Positions 50,152-60,691 of a stretch of DNA of 64,000 nt are shown piece by piece. The notes under the pieces were generated by a model, which was not told where the DNA came from, searched no databases, and saw only the letters and a list, made by a program, of their open reading frames with translations. Both the position numbers and the translations under genes were made by a program. Source of the DNA: an uncultured Lachnospiraceae bacterium (GTDB lineage Bacteria > Bacillota > Clostridia > Lachnospirales > Lachnospiraceae); the NCBI GenBank assembly GCA_964369425.1, contig CAYJGW010000006.1, forward strand, positions 5,396-69,395, in the 5' to 3' direction. The stretch's first letter is position 1; each line of letters opens with the position of its first letter.

Positions 50152-50958
50152 TTACAACATAAACATCTCTATTACTTGTGCAATACCGTCTTCGTTATTT
50201 GATGCTGTCACGAAATCAGCAGATTCTATAACTTCAGATTGAGCATTTGCCATTGCGACTCCAAGACCAGCGCACTCAATCATGGTGATATCATTATAGC
50301 CATCACCGCAGCAAATCATCTGATCACTGCTAAATCCAATGCTATTTAATAGGCGGAGCAAGGAATGCGCTTTGTCAATCTGTGCAGGCATTATTTCTAG
50401 GAAGTGAGGCTCAGAGCGGAAGATGTTCAGATTAGAGTGAAATCTTTCTTTGAACTTCGCTTCCAATTCAACTAATAAATCAGGGTCACCTGGAGCTACT
50501 AATTTATTAATAGGGAAATCTATATATTCTAAAAAATTATCAACGGATTTTATTGGCATTTTATTGATTTGAGATTCTATTTGCGTATATTTGTTTACTT
50601 CAAAAGCGCTAATGATTTCCGTATCTGTATACGTAATCAGGTTTGCATTCGTTTCTTTTATCATGTCATAAATAGCTTCAAGATGAGCGTGAGAAACCGT
50701 TTTATTGTAGATGGCTTCATTGGTATGACAGTCAATAATGCGAGCGCCATTAAATGGAAGTATATACCCACCATTGTTTTTTAAGTCCAATTCTTTTGCA
50801 AGAGGAAGAACTCCTGGTGTAGGTCGTCCTGAGGCTAGTACAACCTTTTTACCAATGCTATGTAATTTTTTTATCGCGTCCTTTGTTTTTGTAGAAATCT
50901 CTTTTCTTGAATTTGTTAGAGTGCCGTCTAAGTCAAGTACCAGTACTTCATAGGTCAT
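50152..50958 (-). CDS. Cof-type HAD-IIB phosphatase
   Basis: LDLDGTL motif I, ASGR, and CGDGYND motif IV. Confidence 0.87.
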   Translation of the reverse strand: MTYEVLVLDLDGTLTNSRKEISTKTKDAIKKLHSIGKKVVLASGRPTPGVLPLAKELDLKNNGGYILPFNGARIIDCHTNEAIYNKTVSHAHLEAIYDMIKETNANLITYTDTEIISAFEVNKYTQIESQINKMPIKSVDNFLEYIDFPINKLVAPGDPDLLVELEAKFKERFHSNLNIFRSEPHFLEIMPAQIDKAHSLLRLLNSIGFSSDQMICCGDGYNDITMIECAGLGVAMANAQSEVIESADFVTASNNEDGIAQVIEMFML

Positions 50959-50975
50959 GTTTTTTCGTCCTTTTC

Positions 50976-52373
50976 TTATAATTTGATGTTTTTTAGAATA
51001 TCCACAACTTCGCTGAATGCCATAAAGTTTGAGGCTTTTACTAAAATAGTATCTTCCACTTTTAGAAGATTTGGAAGTTGTTCGAGTAATTCTTTTTTTG
51101 TATTGAAATACAGTGGTTTGCAGTGTTTGAGATGAGGCTCTCTTGCAATGGATTTTTCAGCACCGGTATAGGTTTCTAGTGATAGAGGACCTACACAACA
51201 AATCAAATCAATATGATTGTATGCTGCATGAATTCCAACTCCATAATGGAGCTCTTCCTCATTCTCTCCTAATTCCCCCATATCACCAAGTATAGCTATT
51301 TTTCGAGTCTCTACAGTACTAAGGACATCCAAGGAAGAGTTCATAGATACTGGGCTAGCATTATAACAATCATCAATGATAGTCAGACTATCCGTTTCTA
51401 TGACGTTAGTGCGACCAGAAACAGGAATGAGGGATGAGATGCCATTTTCAATTTCGGTTATAGATAAACCAAAAAGTTCTCCGAGTGTAGCCCCAGCTAA
51501 TGCATTTGGAATCATATGGGAACCAGGGATAGAAATATTAGCTTCAACTGTTTCTTGATTATTCAAATGTATTTTGCAACAAGTTCCACGCAGTCCCTTT
51601 GCTTGAATATCTGTCACGTATACATGAGACGAGTCGGATTCACCAAAAAATATCGGTTTTTTACCATTGATATCTGACAATTGGGTAAGCATGGTATCAT
51701 CATTATTTAGTACAATGATTCCATCAGAAGACAGATGAGTGAAGATTTCAGTCTTGGCTTCTAGTACCCCTTCTCTTGACTTTAGATATTCTAGGTGGCT
51801 CAGTCCTATATTTGTAATGAGTGCAACATCTGGCTTTGCAATTTTTGAAAGACGAGTCATCTCACCAAAGTGGTTAATACCCATTTCAAGTACAGCAATT
51901 TCATGGTCTTCTGTTAGATTAAATATAGTCAGTGGAAGACCGATTTCATTGTTGTAATTCCCCTGTGTTTTTAAAACGTTATATTTTTGTGAAAGTACAG
52001 AAGCTACCATTTCTTTGGTGCTTGTTTTTCCTACACTACCAGTAATTCCTATGACCTTTACATCTAAAGAGCTGCGATAGTGTTCTGCTAAATCTTTCAA
52101 AGCTTGTGGACAAGAGTCCACTAGAATATAGGAAAATGTAGCATTAGGAAGTTCTTTTTCAGAAAGAGTACAAAGAGCACCAGCATCTATAACTGTAGGG
52201 ATAAAATCATGACCATCTACACGTGCACCCTTAATAGGAATGAATAAATAGTCTGTTTTAATTTTTCGGCTATCAATAGCTACACCTGAAACTTCTTTTG
52301 AAAGTAACTCGGAATTACCCATATAGGTTCCACCACATGCAGTGGTAATTTCACTTAGTGTCATATTTTTCAT
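50976..52373 (-). CDS. murF: UDP-N-acetylmuramoyl-tripeptide--D-alanyl-D-alanine ligase
   Basis: IGITGSVGKTSTKEM P-loop, Mur ligase middle and C-terminal domains, DDCYNASP. Confidence 0.9.
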   Translation of the reverse strand: MKNMTLSEITTACGGTYMGNSELLSKEVSGVAIDSRKIKTDYLFIPIKGARVDGHDFIPTVIDAGALCTLSEKELPNATFSYILVDSCPQALKDLAEHYRSSLDVKVIGITGSVGKTSTKEMVASVLSQKYNVLKTQGNYNNEIGLPLTIFNLTEDHEIAVLEMGINHFGEMTRLSKIAKPDVALITNIGLSHLEYLKSREGVLEAKTEIFTHLSSDGIIVLNNDDTMLTQLSDINGKKPIFFGESDSSHVYVTDIQAKGLRGTCCKIHLNNQETVEANISIPGSHMIPNALAGATLGELFGLSITEIENGISSLIPVSGRTNVIETDSLTIIDDCYNASPVSMNSSLDVLSTVETRKIAILGDMGELGENEEELHYGVGIHAAYNHIDLICCVGPLSLETYTGAEKSIAREPHLKHCKPLYFNTKKELLEQLPNLLKVEDTILVKASNFMAFSEVVDILKNIKL

Positions 52374-52396
52374 GGTTTTACATCCTTTTGTAAATT

Positions 52397-53449
52397 TTAT
52401 TGGTATCTTTTTAAAGACTTTTCAATGATTAATTCACATAAATCTTCGTAGGAAATACCTACTGCATTAGCAGATTTTGGAATCAAACTATTAGGCGTCA
52501 TGCCAGGTAGTGTGTTCACTTCAAGACAATAGATTTCATTGTCAGGAGTAACGATGTAATCTGCACGAGAGTACACATCTATTTTTAATGCGTTACATAC
52601 ATTTATTGTAACATCTGAGATTCGTTTCGCGAGTGATTCATCAATCGGTGCAGGGCATAGTTCTTCAGTCATACCATCTTGGTATTTATTTGCATAATCA
52701 AAAAAGCCAGATTTCGGGATAATTTCGATAATTGGTAGTGTATCACCGTCGATATATCCGCAAGTGAACTCACGTCCTGAAATAAATGGTTCCACCAATA
52801 CCTCGTCTTCATACTGAAATGCTTTTTCTACCACTTCACAGTACTCTGTCTCTGTTTCTGGTAAGTACACTCCTATACTAGAGCCTCCGATAGAAGGTTT
52901 TACAACAACTGGTAATGAAAGCCCAAGCTCACTTAATGATTTTCTTTGCTCGCTTTTATGCAACAAAACGCCTCCAGGGGTCTGGATGCCATTGGCTTTG
53001 AAAAGTTGTTTGGTCAAATCTTTATCCATGGCAATTCCACTAGATAGATAGTTAGGTCCTGTATATTTAATACCATAGACGTCAAATGTGGCTTGTAACT
53101 GTCCGTTCTCCCCAATTCCACCATGAAGTCCTAAAAAGGTGATGTCCGCCATTTGGCATAGAGCTAAGACATTTTCGCCAATCATACAAGGGGACTGATC
53201 CTTTCTAGAGGCTTTTATTGCCTCTAAATCAGGTTCGGTAGTCTTGATTTTATCAGCAATTGCTAGATTTGCTCCAGGAAGAGAAAATAGTTCATCCAGA
53301 TTTTCACCGGAATGAGAAATCCCCATAAATACATCTACTAATATGGCCTTGTGACCGCGATTTAAAAGAGCTTTACAAATCCCAGCTCCAGAGGAAAGAG
53401 AGACATCTCTTTCTGTACAAAGCCCACCAGCTAATACTACAATTTTCAT
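52397..53449 (-). CDS. ddl: D-alanine--D-alanine ligase
   Basis: MKIVVLAGG.S.ERDVSL.SG, ATP-grasp, LEVNTLPGMT. Confidence 0.92.
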   Translation of the reverse strand: MKIVVLAGGLCTERDVSLSSGAGICKALLNRGHKAILVDVFMGISHSGENLDELFSLPGANLAIADKIKTTEPDLEAIKASRKDQSPCMIGENVLALCQMADITFLGLHGGIGENGQLQATFDVYGIKYTGPNYLSSGIAMDKDLTKQLFKANGIQTPGGVLLHKSEQRKSLSELGLSLPVVVKPSIGGSSIGVYLPETETEYCEVVEKAFQYEDEVLVEPFISGREFTCGYIDGDTLPIIEIIPKSGFFDYANKYQDGMTEELCPAPIDESLAKRISDVTINVCNALKIDVYSRADYIVTPDNEIYCLEVNTLPGMTPNSLIPKSANAVGISYEDLCELIIEKSLKRYQ

Positions 53450-53466
53450 AACAACTCAATTCCTTT

Positions 53467-54927
53467 CTATAACTCAACTCCAACGCTCATAGACTCTAGG
53501 AGTTCTTTTTTTACATTATATAATTTTTCAGATAAATCCACATATACTTTGTGAGGATTGGATAATCGAAGTACTTCATCCCAAAGTGTCTGTTTTTCAG
53601 CAGTGCAGTAAGCTGAAATTTCCATAACAGAAGGTGATTGGTACACACATTCTCCTTTGATGAAGATTGGGACTAATAATTCCTTTGTTGTGTAAGTGCC
53701 ACCTTTTAACTTCGTTTTTTTCCAAGTTTCTACAGGGTCAAACAGTAATAGATCTTGATTACAATCAAGAACCTCGTCTTCAAAAGTGATATAGTCTGCT
53801 AATAATTTGCCAGAATTTTTATCATAGATACGATGTACCGTCTTGTTGCCAGGGTTTGTAATCTTTTCATAGTTTTCCGACAACTTGATTTTTGGTACAA
53901 ATTGTCCCTCGTTACCTTTGATGGCAGCTAATTTATAAACCCCACCAAAAGAAGGGCAATCTTTCGATGTGATCATATGGGTGCCGACACCCCAAGAAGT
54001 AATCGTAGCCCCTTGAATTTTTAAATCATAAATCAAATGTTCATCTAAGTCATTAGATGCAGAGATGTAAGCATCTAGGTGACCTGCTTCATCTAGCATA
54101 GCACGAGCGCGTTTAGAAAGATATGCGAGGTCTCCACTATCTAATCGTATGCCATAATTTTTTAAGTTAGGATTCTTTTTCTTTAATAGATCAAATACCT
54201 TTATTGCATTTGGAACTCCTGATTTAATGGTGTCATAGGTGTCCACTAGTAAGCAACAAGCATTAGGATACAAGTCAGCATAAGTCAAAAAAGCAGTGTA
54301 TTCATCAGAAAAACTCATAATCCAACTGTGTGCATGGGTTCCTCTAACAGGGACATCAAATTTTCGACCAGCTAGCACATTGGATGTTCCTACGCATCCG
54401 CCAATGATAGAAGCGCGAGAACCAAATAATCCGGCATCCGGTCCTTGTGCTCTTCGCAGGCCAAATTCTAATACGCCATCACCAGAAGCAGCATGTACAA
54501 CGCGAGCAGCTTTTGTAGCGATGAGTGATTGGTGGTTTACAATATTAAGAAGTGCAGTTTCTATCAACTGTGCTTCCATGATTGGTGCAATCACTTTGAT
54601 GATAGGTTCGCTTGGGAAGATAACGCTTCCCTCAGGAATAGCATAGATATCACCACTAAAATGAAAGCCGCTGATATAGTGAAGAAATTCTTCATCAAAT
54701 ATATTCAAACTTCGCAAATAGTCTACGTCGTCATAAGAAAAATGTAATCCTTTAATGTAATCGATTACTTGCTCGAGACCAGCAGCAATGGCATAGCCAC
54801 CGCCACAAGGGATAGTTCGAAAAAAGACGTCGAAGATTACAGTTTCATTTTCAGGGCGATTAAAGTAGCCTTGCATCATAGTCAATTCATAAAAATCTGT
54901 TAACAGAGTTAAATCATTTGTGTTCAT
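53467..54927 (-). CDS. pncB: nicotinate phosphoribosyltransferase
   Basis: LLTDFYELTM...GLRRAQG...GTSN...RLDSGDL. The start at 54927 (MNTND) lies 6 nt after GGAGA. Confidence 0.87.
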   Translation of the reverse strand: MNTNDLTLLTDFYELTMMQGYFNRPENETVIFDVFFRTIPCGGGYAIAAGLEQVIDYIKGLHFSYDDVDYLRSLNIFDEEFLHYISGFHFSGDIYAIPEGSVIFPSEPIIKVIAPIMEAQLIETALLNIVNHQSLIATKAARVVHAASGDGVLEFGLRRAQGPDAGLFGSRASIIGGCVGTSNVLAGRKFDVPVRGTHAHSWIMSFSDEYTAFLTYADLYPNACCLLVDTYDTIKSGVPNAIKVFDLLKKKNPNLKNYGIRLDSGDLAYLSKRARAMLDEAGHLDAYISASNDLDEHLIYDLKIQGATITSWGVGTHMITSKDCPSFGGVYKLAAIKGNEGQFVPKIKLSENYEKITNPGNKTVHRIYDKNSGKLLADYITFEDEVLDCNQDLLLFDPVETWKKTKLKGGTYTTKELLVPIFIKGECVYQSPSVMEISAYCTAEKQTLWDEVLRLSNPHKVYVDLSEKLYNVKKELLESMSVGVEL

Positions 54928-55089
54928 AGTCATTCTCCAATGGTTTGATTTATGTGTAAAATGCACATATATTGCGTATTATACCACTATTTAATAGAAA
55001 AGAAAAGAATACCTTGAATATGTATGAAAAAAGGTATTATAATGTATGTAATGAGTACTACAAAATACAGAAATGAGGAGAATAAAAGA

Positions 55090-56067
55090 ATGAATGTAGG
55101 AATAATAGGGGCAGGGATGATTGCTGAAAAAATGGCAACGACTATTAATGGAATGGAAGGTGTAACAAACTATGCGATAGCATCAAGAGATATCGAAAAA
55201 TCGAAAAAATTTGCAGAGAAATTTCAGGTTGAAAAGGCTTATGGAAGTTATGAAGAATTAGCGGCAGATGAAAATGTAGACTTGATTTATGTAGCAACAC
55301 CTCATTCTCATCACTGCGAGCACGGTAAAATTGCATTGGCACATAATAAACCAATTCTATGTGAGAAATCATTTACTGTAAATGCAAGAGAAGCAAAAGA
55401 ACTAATAGATTTAGCAAAAGAAAAACAAGTGTTAGCGGCGGAAGCAATCTGGACAAGATATATGCCTTCAAGGGTGATGATACAAGAGATAATAGATAAG
55501 GGCGAAATAGGAGAAGTAAAGTCATTGAGTGCGAATTTAGGGTATCCATTGACTCATATCTATCGGATGTATGCCCCTGAATTGGCAGGAGGATCATTAC
55601 TCGATTTAGGTGTATATTCCTTGAACTTTGCTTGTATGTTTTTAGGCTATGATATTGAAGAAGTGGTATCTACGTGTACGAAGTTTGAGACAGGAGTAGA
55701 TAATCAAGCAGCAATTATACTAAAATATAAAAATGGGGTGATGGCAAACCTTCAGTGCAATGCATTAGCAGCGACAGAACAGTGTGGAATTATTCATGGT
55801 ACGAATGGATATATCATTGCGAAAAACATCAATAATATCGATGTGATTGAAGTATATAACGTAGATAGAACGCTCAGAGAGCGAAAGGAAGTACCGGCAC
55901 AGATTACAGGGTTTGAATATCAAGTGGCAGCGTGTAAAAAAGCAATCGAAGAAGGAAATATCGAGTGTAATGAGATGCCTCACGATGAAATTATAAAGAT
56001 GATGGAGATTATGGATGGACTTAGAAAAGAATGGGGTATTGTCTATCCTATGGAAGAGAAGGAGTAG
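55090..56067 (+). CDS. Gfo/Idh/MocA-family oxidoreductase
   Basis: MNVGIIGAGMIAEK Rossmann fold and EKS/EKP motif (ILCEKSF). The ATG at 55090 follows GAGGAG. Confidence 0.85.
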   Translation: MNVGIIGAGMIAEKMATTINGMEGVTNYAIASRDIEKSKKFAEKFQVEKAYGSYEELAADENVDLIYVATPHSHHCEHGKIALAHNKPILCEKSFTVNAREAKELIDLAKEKQVLAAEAIWTRYMPSRVMIQEIIDKGEIGEVKSLSANLGYPLTHIYRMYAPELAGGSLLDLGVYSLNFACMFLGYDIEEVVSTCTKFETGVDNQAAIILKYKNGVMANLQCNALAATEQCGIIHGTNGYIIAKNINNIDVIEVYNVDRTLRERKEVPAQITGFEYQVAACKKAIEEGNIECNEMPHDEIIKMMEIMDGLRKEWGIVYPMEEKE

Positions 56068-56069
56068 AG

Positions 56070-56948
56070 ATGATTTATTCAATAAGCAACGAATACTTAC
56101 AAGTAGAACTAGATAGCATGGGGGGAGAGTTATTTTCTTTGAAAGATGATTCAGGAACAGAATATCTTTGGCAAGGGAATAAAAAGTATTGGAATGGAAA
56201 GGCACCAGTCTTATTTCCATACATAGCAAGATTAACTGAGGATAAATATATATGGAAAGGGAAAGAATATAAACTTGAAAAGCATGGATTTGCAAGACGC
56301 TCGGAATTTAGCGTAGAAGAAAAAAGTGATACAAAGATTGTGTTTCGTCTTGATGAATCAGCTAAGACATTGGAAAGCTACCCATTTGCATTTACATTGC
56401 GCATCATTTATGAGTTGGAAGGGAATGTATTAATCAATAAATATCAAGTGGAAAACAAAAATACAGATAGTATGTATTTTGGAATCGGAGGCCATCCTGG
56501 ATTTAACGTTCCGTTAGAGGAAGGAGAGACATTTGAGGATTATTATCTTGAGTTCGATCACATAGCAACACCAGAGCAAGTTGGATTTACAGATGCTTGT
56601 TATGTTAGCGGAGAGATGATGCCTTACGAATTGGAAGGTGACAAGAGATTAAAGCTAACCCATGATTTATTTGATAGAGATGCAATCGTTTTAAAGAATG
56701 CAGATTCTACTGTGACACTTAAGTCGGATAAAGGGAGTAAAGGCATTACAGTGCATTATCCAGATATGGATTATATCGGCTTTTGGCACATGCCAAAAAC
56801 AGATGCACCGTATGTATGCATTGAACCATGGACGTCACTACCGTCAAGAGATGGAGTAGTAGAAGATTTAGAAAAGCAAGAGAATTTAGTGAAATTAAAA
56901 GGAAGTTGCACCTACACGAACGTATGGAGTATTTCAGTGAAAAAATAA
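56070..56948 (+). CDS. aldose 1-epimerase family protein (LacX-like)
   Basis: ...LFPYIARL...HGFAR...GGHPGF...EPW pattern. AAGGAG overlaps the upstream stop. Confidence 0.78.
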   Translation: MIYSISNEYLQVELDSMGGELFSLKDDSGTEYLWQGNKKYWNGKAPVLFPYIARLTEDKYIWKGKEYKLEKHGFARRSEFSVEEKSDTKIVFRLDESAKTLESYPFAFTLRIIYELEGNVLINKYQVENKNTDSMYFGIGGHPGFNVPLEEGETFEDYYLEFDHIATPEQVGFTDACYVSGEMMPYELEGDKRLKLTHDLFDRDAIVLKNADSTVTLKSDKGSKGITVHYPDMDYIGFWHMPKTDAPYVCIEPWTSLPSRDGVVEDLEKQENLVKLKGSCTYTNVWSISVKK

Positions 56949-56959
56949 TAAGATAAAAA

Positions 56960-56994
56960 TTCAGCCTTGCGACAGTACTGCAAGGCTGAATCTT
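56960..56994. terminator. bidirectional terminator
   Basis: Perfect 11-bp stem ttcagccttgc (56960-56970) with gcaaggctgaa (56980-56990), then tctt. Confidence 0.7.
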
Positions 56995-56997
56995 ATG

Positions 56998-58182
56998 TTA
57001 TTTAAAGATTTCTAGACTTCTTTCTAATATTCCATTCATATGTGCGATTGCTGTGCCATAATTGGTGATTGGTACACAAGCATCTCCTGCACATTTGATA
57101 CGATATTTCATCTCGCGTTCGTTGAGCATACATCCTCCACAATGAATGATAAGCTTATATTTACTGATATCCAGTGGGAATTCTGTACCACTTGTGAAGT
57201 CGAAATTGAGTTCTTTTTTACTATGTTCTCTCACCCATCTAGGGAGTTTTACAGTACCGATGTCATCGCATTGTCTATGATGGGTGCATCCCTCACAGAC
57301 CAAGATGTTATCACCATCTTCTAGAGAATCTAGCATTTTGGCACCCTTTACTAACACATCTAAATTACCTTTATAGCGAGCAAAAAGGATAGAAAAGGAA
57401 GTCAATAACACATCCGTAGGTGTATCTTTAGATACTTCTGCAAAAGCTTGGCTATCAGTTACTACAACTTTCGGTTTTCGTCCAAGAGTTTCTAATGTGG
57501 ATTTTAAATCAGTTTCTTTTACAACAATCGACACTGCATCCGCATCTAATACATCTCGAACTGTCTGTTGTTGAGGGAGAATTAATCGTCCTTTTGGAGC
57601 GGCAGAATCTATAGGAATTACTAAGACAACAAAATCGCCAGGTGATATTAAATCACCGATGATTCGACTAGTATCGGCTTCGACATCTGCTAGGGAAGCA
57701 ATCTTTTCTTTGAGTGCAAGGATGTTTTGTTTCGTCTTTGTGCTGACACAGATTCCAGTGATTTCATCCATGATAGGAGCGGATTCCATAAGGTCTGATT
57801 TGTTGTAAACTACGATATAAGGAATATTTTTTTGCTTGATGCGATCCAGAATTTCCTTATCCTCTGTAGTCATGCCTGCCTGTGAGTCTACAACTAAGAT
57901 GGCAATATCGGTCTTATTTAGTACTTGATAAGCTTTTTGCATTCTTAGGTGTCCTAATTCTCCAACATCGTCAAGACCTGGAGTATCGATGATGACAACA
58001 GGTCCAAGTGGTAAAAGTTCCATTGCCTTTAGTACGGGGTCAGTAGTGGTTCCTTTGATATCAGATACAATTGCTAAATCTTGGTCTGTGATGGCATTGA
58101 CAACGCTAGATTTTCCAGCATTTCTTTTTCCAAATATTCCGATGTGTAGTCTTTCTGATGATGGTGTGTTGTTTAAACTCAT
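56998..58182 (-). CDS. hydF: [FeFe]-hydrogenase H-cluster maturation GTPase
   Basis: GKRNAGKSS G1, DTPG, NKSD, and C-terminal cluster motif CEGCTHH...HCGGC. Confidence 0.88.
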   Translation of the reverse strand: MSLNNTPSSERLHIGIFGKRNAGKSSVVNAITDQDLAIVSDIKGTTTDPVLKAMELLPLGPVVIIDTPGLDDVGELGHLRMQKAYQVLNKTDIAILVVDSQAGMTTEDKEILDRIKQKNIPYIVVYNKSDLMESAPIMDEITGICVSTKTKQNILALKEKIASLADVEADTSRIIGDLISPGDFVVLVIPIDSAAPKGRLILPQQQTVRDVLDADAVSIVVKETDLKSTLETLGRKPKVVVTDSQAFAEVSKDTPTDVLLTSFSILFARYKGNLDVLVKGAKMLDSLEDGDNILVCEGCTHHRQCDDIGTVKLPRWVREHSKKELNFDFTSGTEFPLDISKYKLIIHCGGCMLNEREMKYRIKCAGDACVPITNYGTAIAHMNGILERSLEIFK

Positions 58183-58211
58183 AATAATCCCCTCTCTTTT
58201 CCTCTTGTCTT

Positions 58212-59633
58212 TTAGAATCTAAAGTCTCTGCGGTTATTTTCTTCAATAGCTTTTAAGTTATCTGTTGCAATCTGACGAACTTTTTCCTTTGGAATAGTAG
58301 AGAGTTCTTTTTGTATCAGATTTTCTCCAACTCTTTTAGTTTCTTCAGAAGCGTAATCCATTAGATATTCTTTTAAAGTCATCAGTGCATTTGGTAGGCA
58401 ACAGTTTTGAATTTGCCCACTTTTACAAAGGGACATAAAGCGATCACCAGTACGTCCCTCGCGATAGCAAGAGGTACAAAAGCTTGGAAGATAACCAAGG
58501 TCCATGAGCCAATGAACGACTTCATCCAAAGTCCGCGTATCCTCTAAATCAAATTGTTGGGAGTTTTCACCCTCTGGTTCTGGAACGGCATACCCTCCAA
58601 CGCTAGTCTTAGAGCCACCGCTGATTTGAGAAATACCTAAATCCAGAGCCTTTTCACGACAGGCTTTGCTTTCTCTTGTAGAGACAATGATTCCAGTATA
58701 AGGTACAGCAATACGTATACAAGCTACAATCTTTGCAAAGGTATCATCGCTGATTCCGTTACTGAAATCCTCTTTGTTGATATCGTCTGCATCGCAGAGG
58801 CGAGGAACGCTAATCGTATGTGGACCAACGCCAAAAGTAGCTTCTAAGTGTTCTGCATGCATCAAGAGTCCGGCAAATTCGTAGCGGTATTTATCTAATC
58901 CGAACAATACACCGATTCCAACATCATCGATGCCACCTTCCATAGCACGATCCATAGCTTCGGTATGATAATCGTAGTCACTTTTTGGTCCTGTTGGGTG
59001 TAGTTCTTGATAAGACTCTTTGTGATATGTTTCTTGGAATAGAATGTAAGTTCCAATTCCAGCTTCTTTCAATTTCCTGTAATTCTCCACTGTTGTGGCG
59101 GCGATGTTGACATTTACTCTTCGAATCTCTCCATTTTTATGCTTAATACTATAAATGGTTTTGATGCTTTCCAATAAGTATTCTAGGGAATTATTCTTAG
59201 GGTCTTCACCCATTTCAAGAGCGAGACGTTTGTGTCCCATATCTTGTAACGCGATTACCTCTTTGCGAATCTCTTCTTGTGAAAGTTTTTTTCGAGTAAT
59301 CGTTTTGTTCTTCAAGTGGTAAGGGCAATAGGTGCATCCATTGATACAGTAATTCGAAAGATATAGAGGAGCGAACATTACAATACGGTTGCCATAGAAA
59401 TCTTGTTTAATCTGTTTGGCTAGATTGTAAATTTCTTGGTTCATCTCCTCATCCTGACAGACTAGTAAAACAGAAGCCTCGCGGTAGGTGAGCCCTTTTC
59501 GTAGTTTTGCTTTTTCTAAAATTTTGGTTATCAATGCTCTATCATCTTTGTGTTCATCAGCAAAGGCTAAAGTATCAAGGAGTTCTTGATGACTGATAAA
59601 TTCAGTTGCTTTTTTTGATTTCGGGTTATACAT
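58212..59633 (-). CDS. hydG: [FeFe]-hydrogenase H-cluster radical SAM maturase
   Basis: 473 aa. Radical SAM CINGCTYC and a C-terminal auxiliary cluster cysteine motif CTSCYREGRTGDRFMSLCKSGQIQNCC. Confidence 0.9.
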   Translation of the reverse strand: MYNPKSKKATEFISHQELLDTLAFADEHKDDRALITKILEKAKLRKGLTYREASVLLVCQDEEMNQEIYNLAKQIKQDFYGNRIVMFAPLYLSNYCINGCTYCPYHLKNKTITRKKLSQEEIRKEVIALQDMGHKRLALEMGEDPKNNSLEYLLESIKTIYSIKHKNGEIRRVNVNIAATTVENYRKLKEAGIGTYILFQETYHKESYQELHPTGPKSDYDYHTEAMDRAMEGGIDDVGIGVLFGLDKYRYEFAGLLMHAEHLEATFGVGPHTISVPRLCDADDINKEDFSNGISDDTFAKIVACIRIAVPYTGIIVSTRESKACREKALDLGISQISGGSKTSVGGYAVPEPEGENSQQFDLEDTRTLDEVVHWLMDLGYLPSFCTSCYREGRTGDRFMSLCKSGQIQNCCLPNALMTLKEYLMDYASEETKRVGENLIQKELSTIPKEKVRQIATDNLKAIEENNRRDFRF

Positions 59634-59645
59634 GTTAAATCCTCC

Positions 59646-60686
59646 TTATATATTCTTGGAATCGCCTCTTGCTTTCACGATTTGGTATCCAATATTTTTC
59701 ATTTTTCTTGTGAGAGACTCTACAGCTTCAGCAGCTTCGTCTCCAGTACAAATTTTATCATTGTATAGTAAATATTTTTTCCTTACATTGAGTGGTGAAA
59801 GGTTTGGCATCACTACGTTTGCACCAGCAAGAATACCGTATTCACGCCCCTCAGGGTGGATGGTGCCAAGAGCAGTTGTAGATGGCAGCAATAGTGTAGG
59901 TATCATAAGACGAAGCAGACCTAGCATGTAACAAGTCAGACCAAAAGCACCTGCGCAATATTCAGAAAAAGGTGTGTCTTTGTGGGGGATAAAAGGTCCG
60001 ATTCCAACCATCTGAGGATTTAATTCCTTGATGTAAATCATATCTTCTGCTAAGTGTTCAGTGGTCTGAAATGGAGAACCTACCATAAATCCGGTACCCA
60101 CTTGATAACCTATATCCTTCAGATAAGACAAGCAACGTTGTCTATCCTTTGCTCGAAGTGAAGAAGGATGAAGAAGAGCATAATGGGAAGCATTATGAGT
60201 TTCGTGACGAAGTAAGTAGCGATTTGCACCAGCATCAAACAATTTTTTATAAGAATCATAAGGCTTTTCTCCGATGGACAGCGTAATGGCACAGTCGGGA
60301 TAGGTTTCCCTAATGGAAGAAACGATAGCAACCATTTTCTCATCTGTAAAATAAGGGTCTTCTCCACCTTGAAGTACAAAGGTGCGAAAGCCTAAGTCAT
60401 AACCAGCTTCGCAGCATTCTAAAATTTCCTCCTTGGATAGCCGATATCGATTTACATCGCGATTTTCGCATCGAATGCCGCAATAATAACAGTTTTGTTT
60501 ACAGTAGTTGGTGTATTCGATTAATCCACGAATATAGACATCATTGCCATAATGCTCTTTACTAGTCGCTCTTGCTTTCTCAAAAACATATTCTGCAAGT
60601 TCAGGTGTTCGATGGTCAATCAGTCGAATCCATTCTTGTTTGCTAAGACCTTTCGTCTCTATGAGTTTTTCTATTAATTCTTGCAT
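59646..60686 (-). CDS. hydE: [FeFe]-hydrogenase H-cluster radical SAM maturase
   Basis: 346 aa, BioB-like radical SAM with CKQNCYYCG, directly upstream of hydG-hydF. Confidence 0.88.
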   Translation of the reverse strand: MQELIEKLIETKGLSKQEWIRLIDHRTPELAEYVFEKARATSKEHYGNDVYIRGLIEYTNYCKQNCYYCGIRCENRDVNRYRLSKEEILECCEAGYDLGFRTFVLQGGEDPYFTDEKMVAIVSSIRETYPDCAITLSIGEKPYDSYKKLFDAGANRYLLRHETHNASHYALLHPSSLRAKDRQRCLSYLKDIGYQVGTGFMVGSPFQTTEHLAEDMIYIKELNPQMVGIGPFIPHKDTPFSEYCAGAFGLTCYMLGLLRLMIPTLLLPSTTALGTIHPEGREYGILAGANVVMPNLSPLNVRKKYLLYNDKICTGDEAAEAVESLTRKMKNIGYQIVKARGDSKNI

Positions 60687-60691
60687 GTGAC

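Noticed and set aside
50976-53449. ddl-murF together with the OmpR/HK pair as a van-type resistance cluster
   Set aside because: The two-component system is about 48 kb away. There are no vanH/vanX/vanY-like genes, and ddl-murF is a normal housekeeping arrangement.
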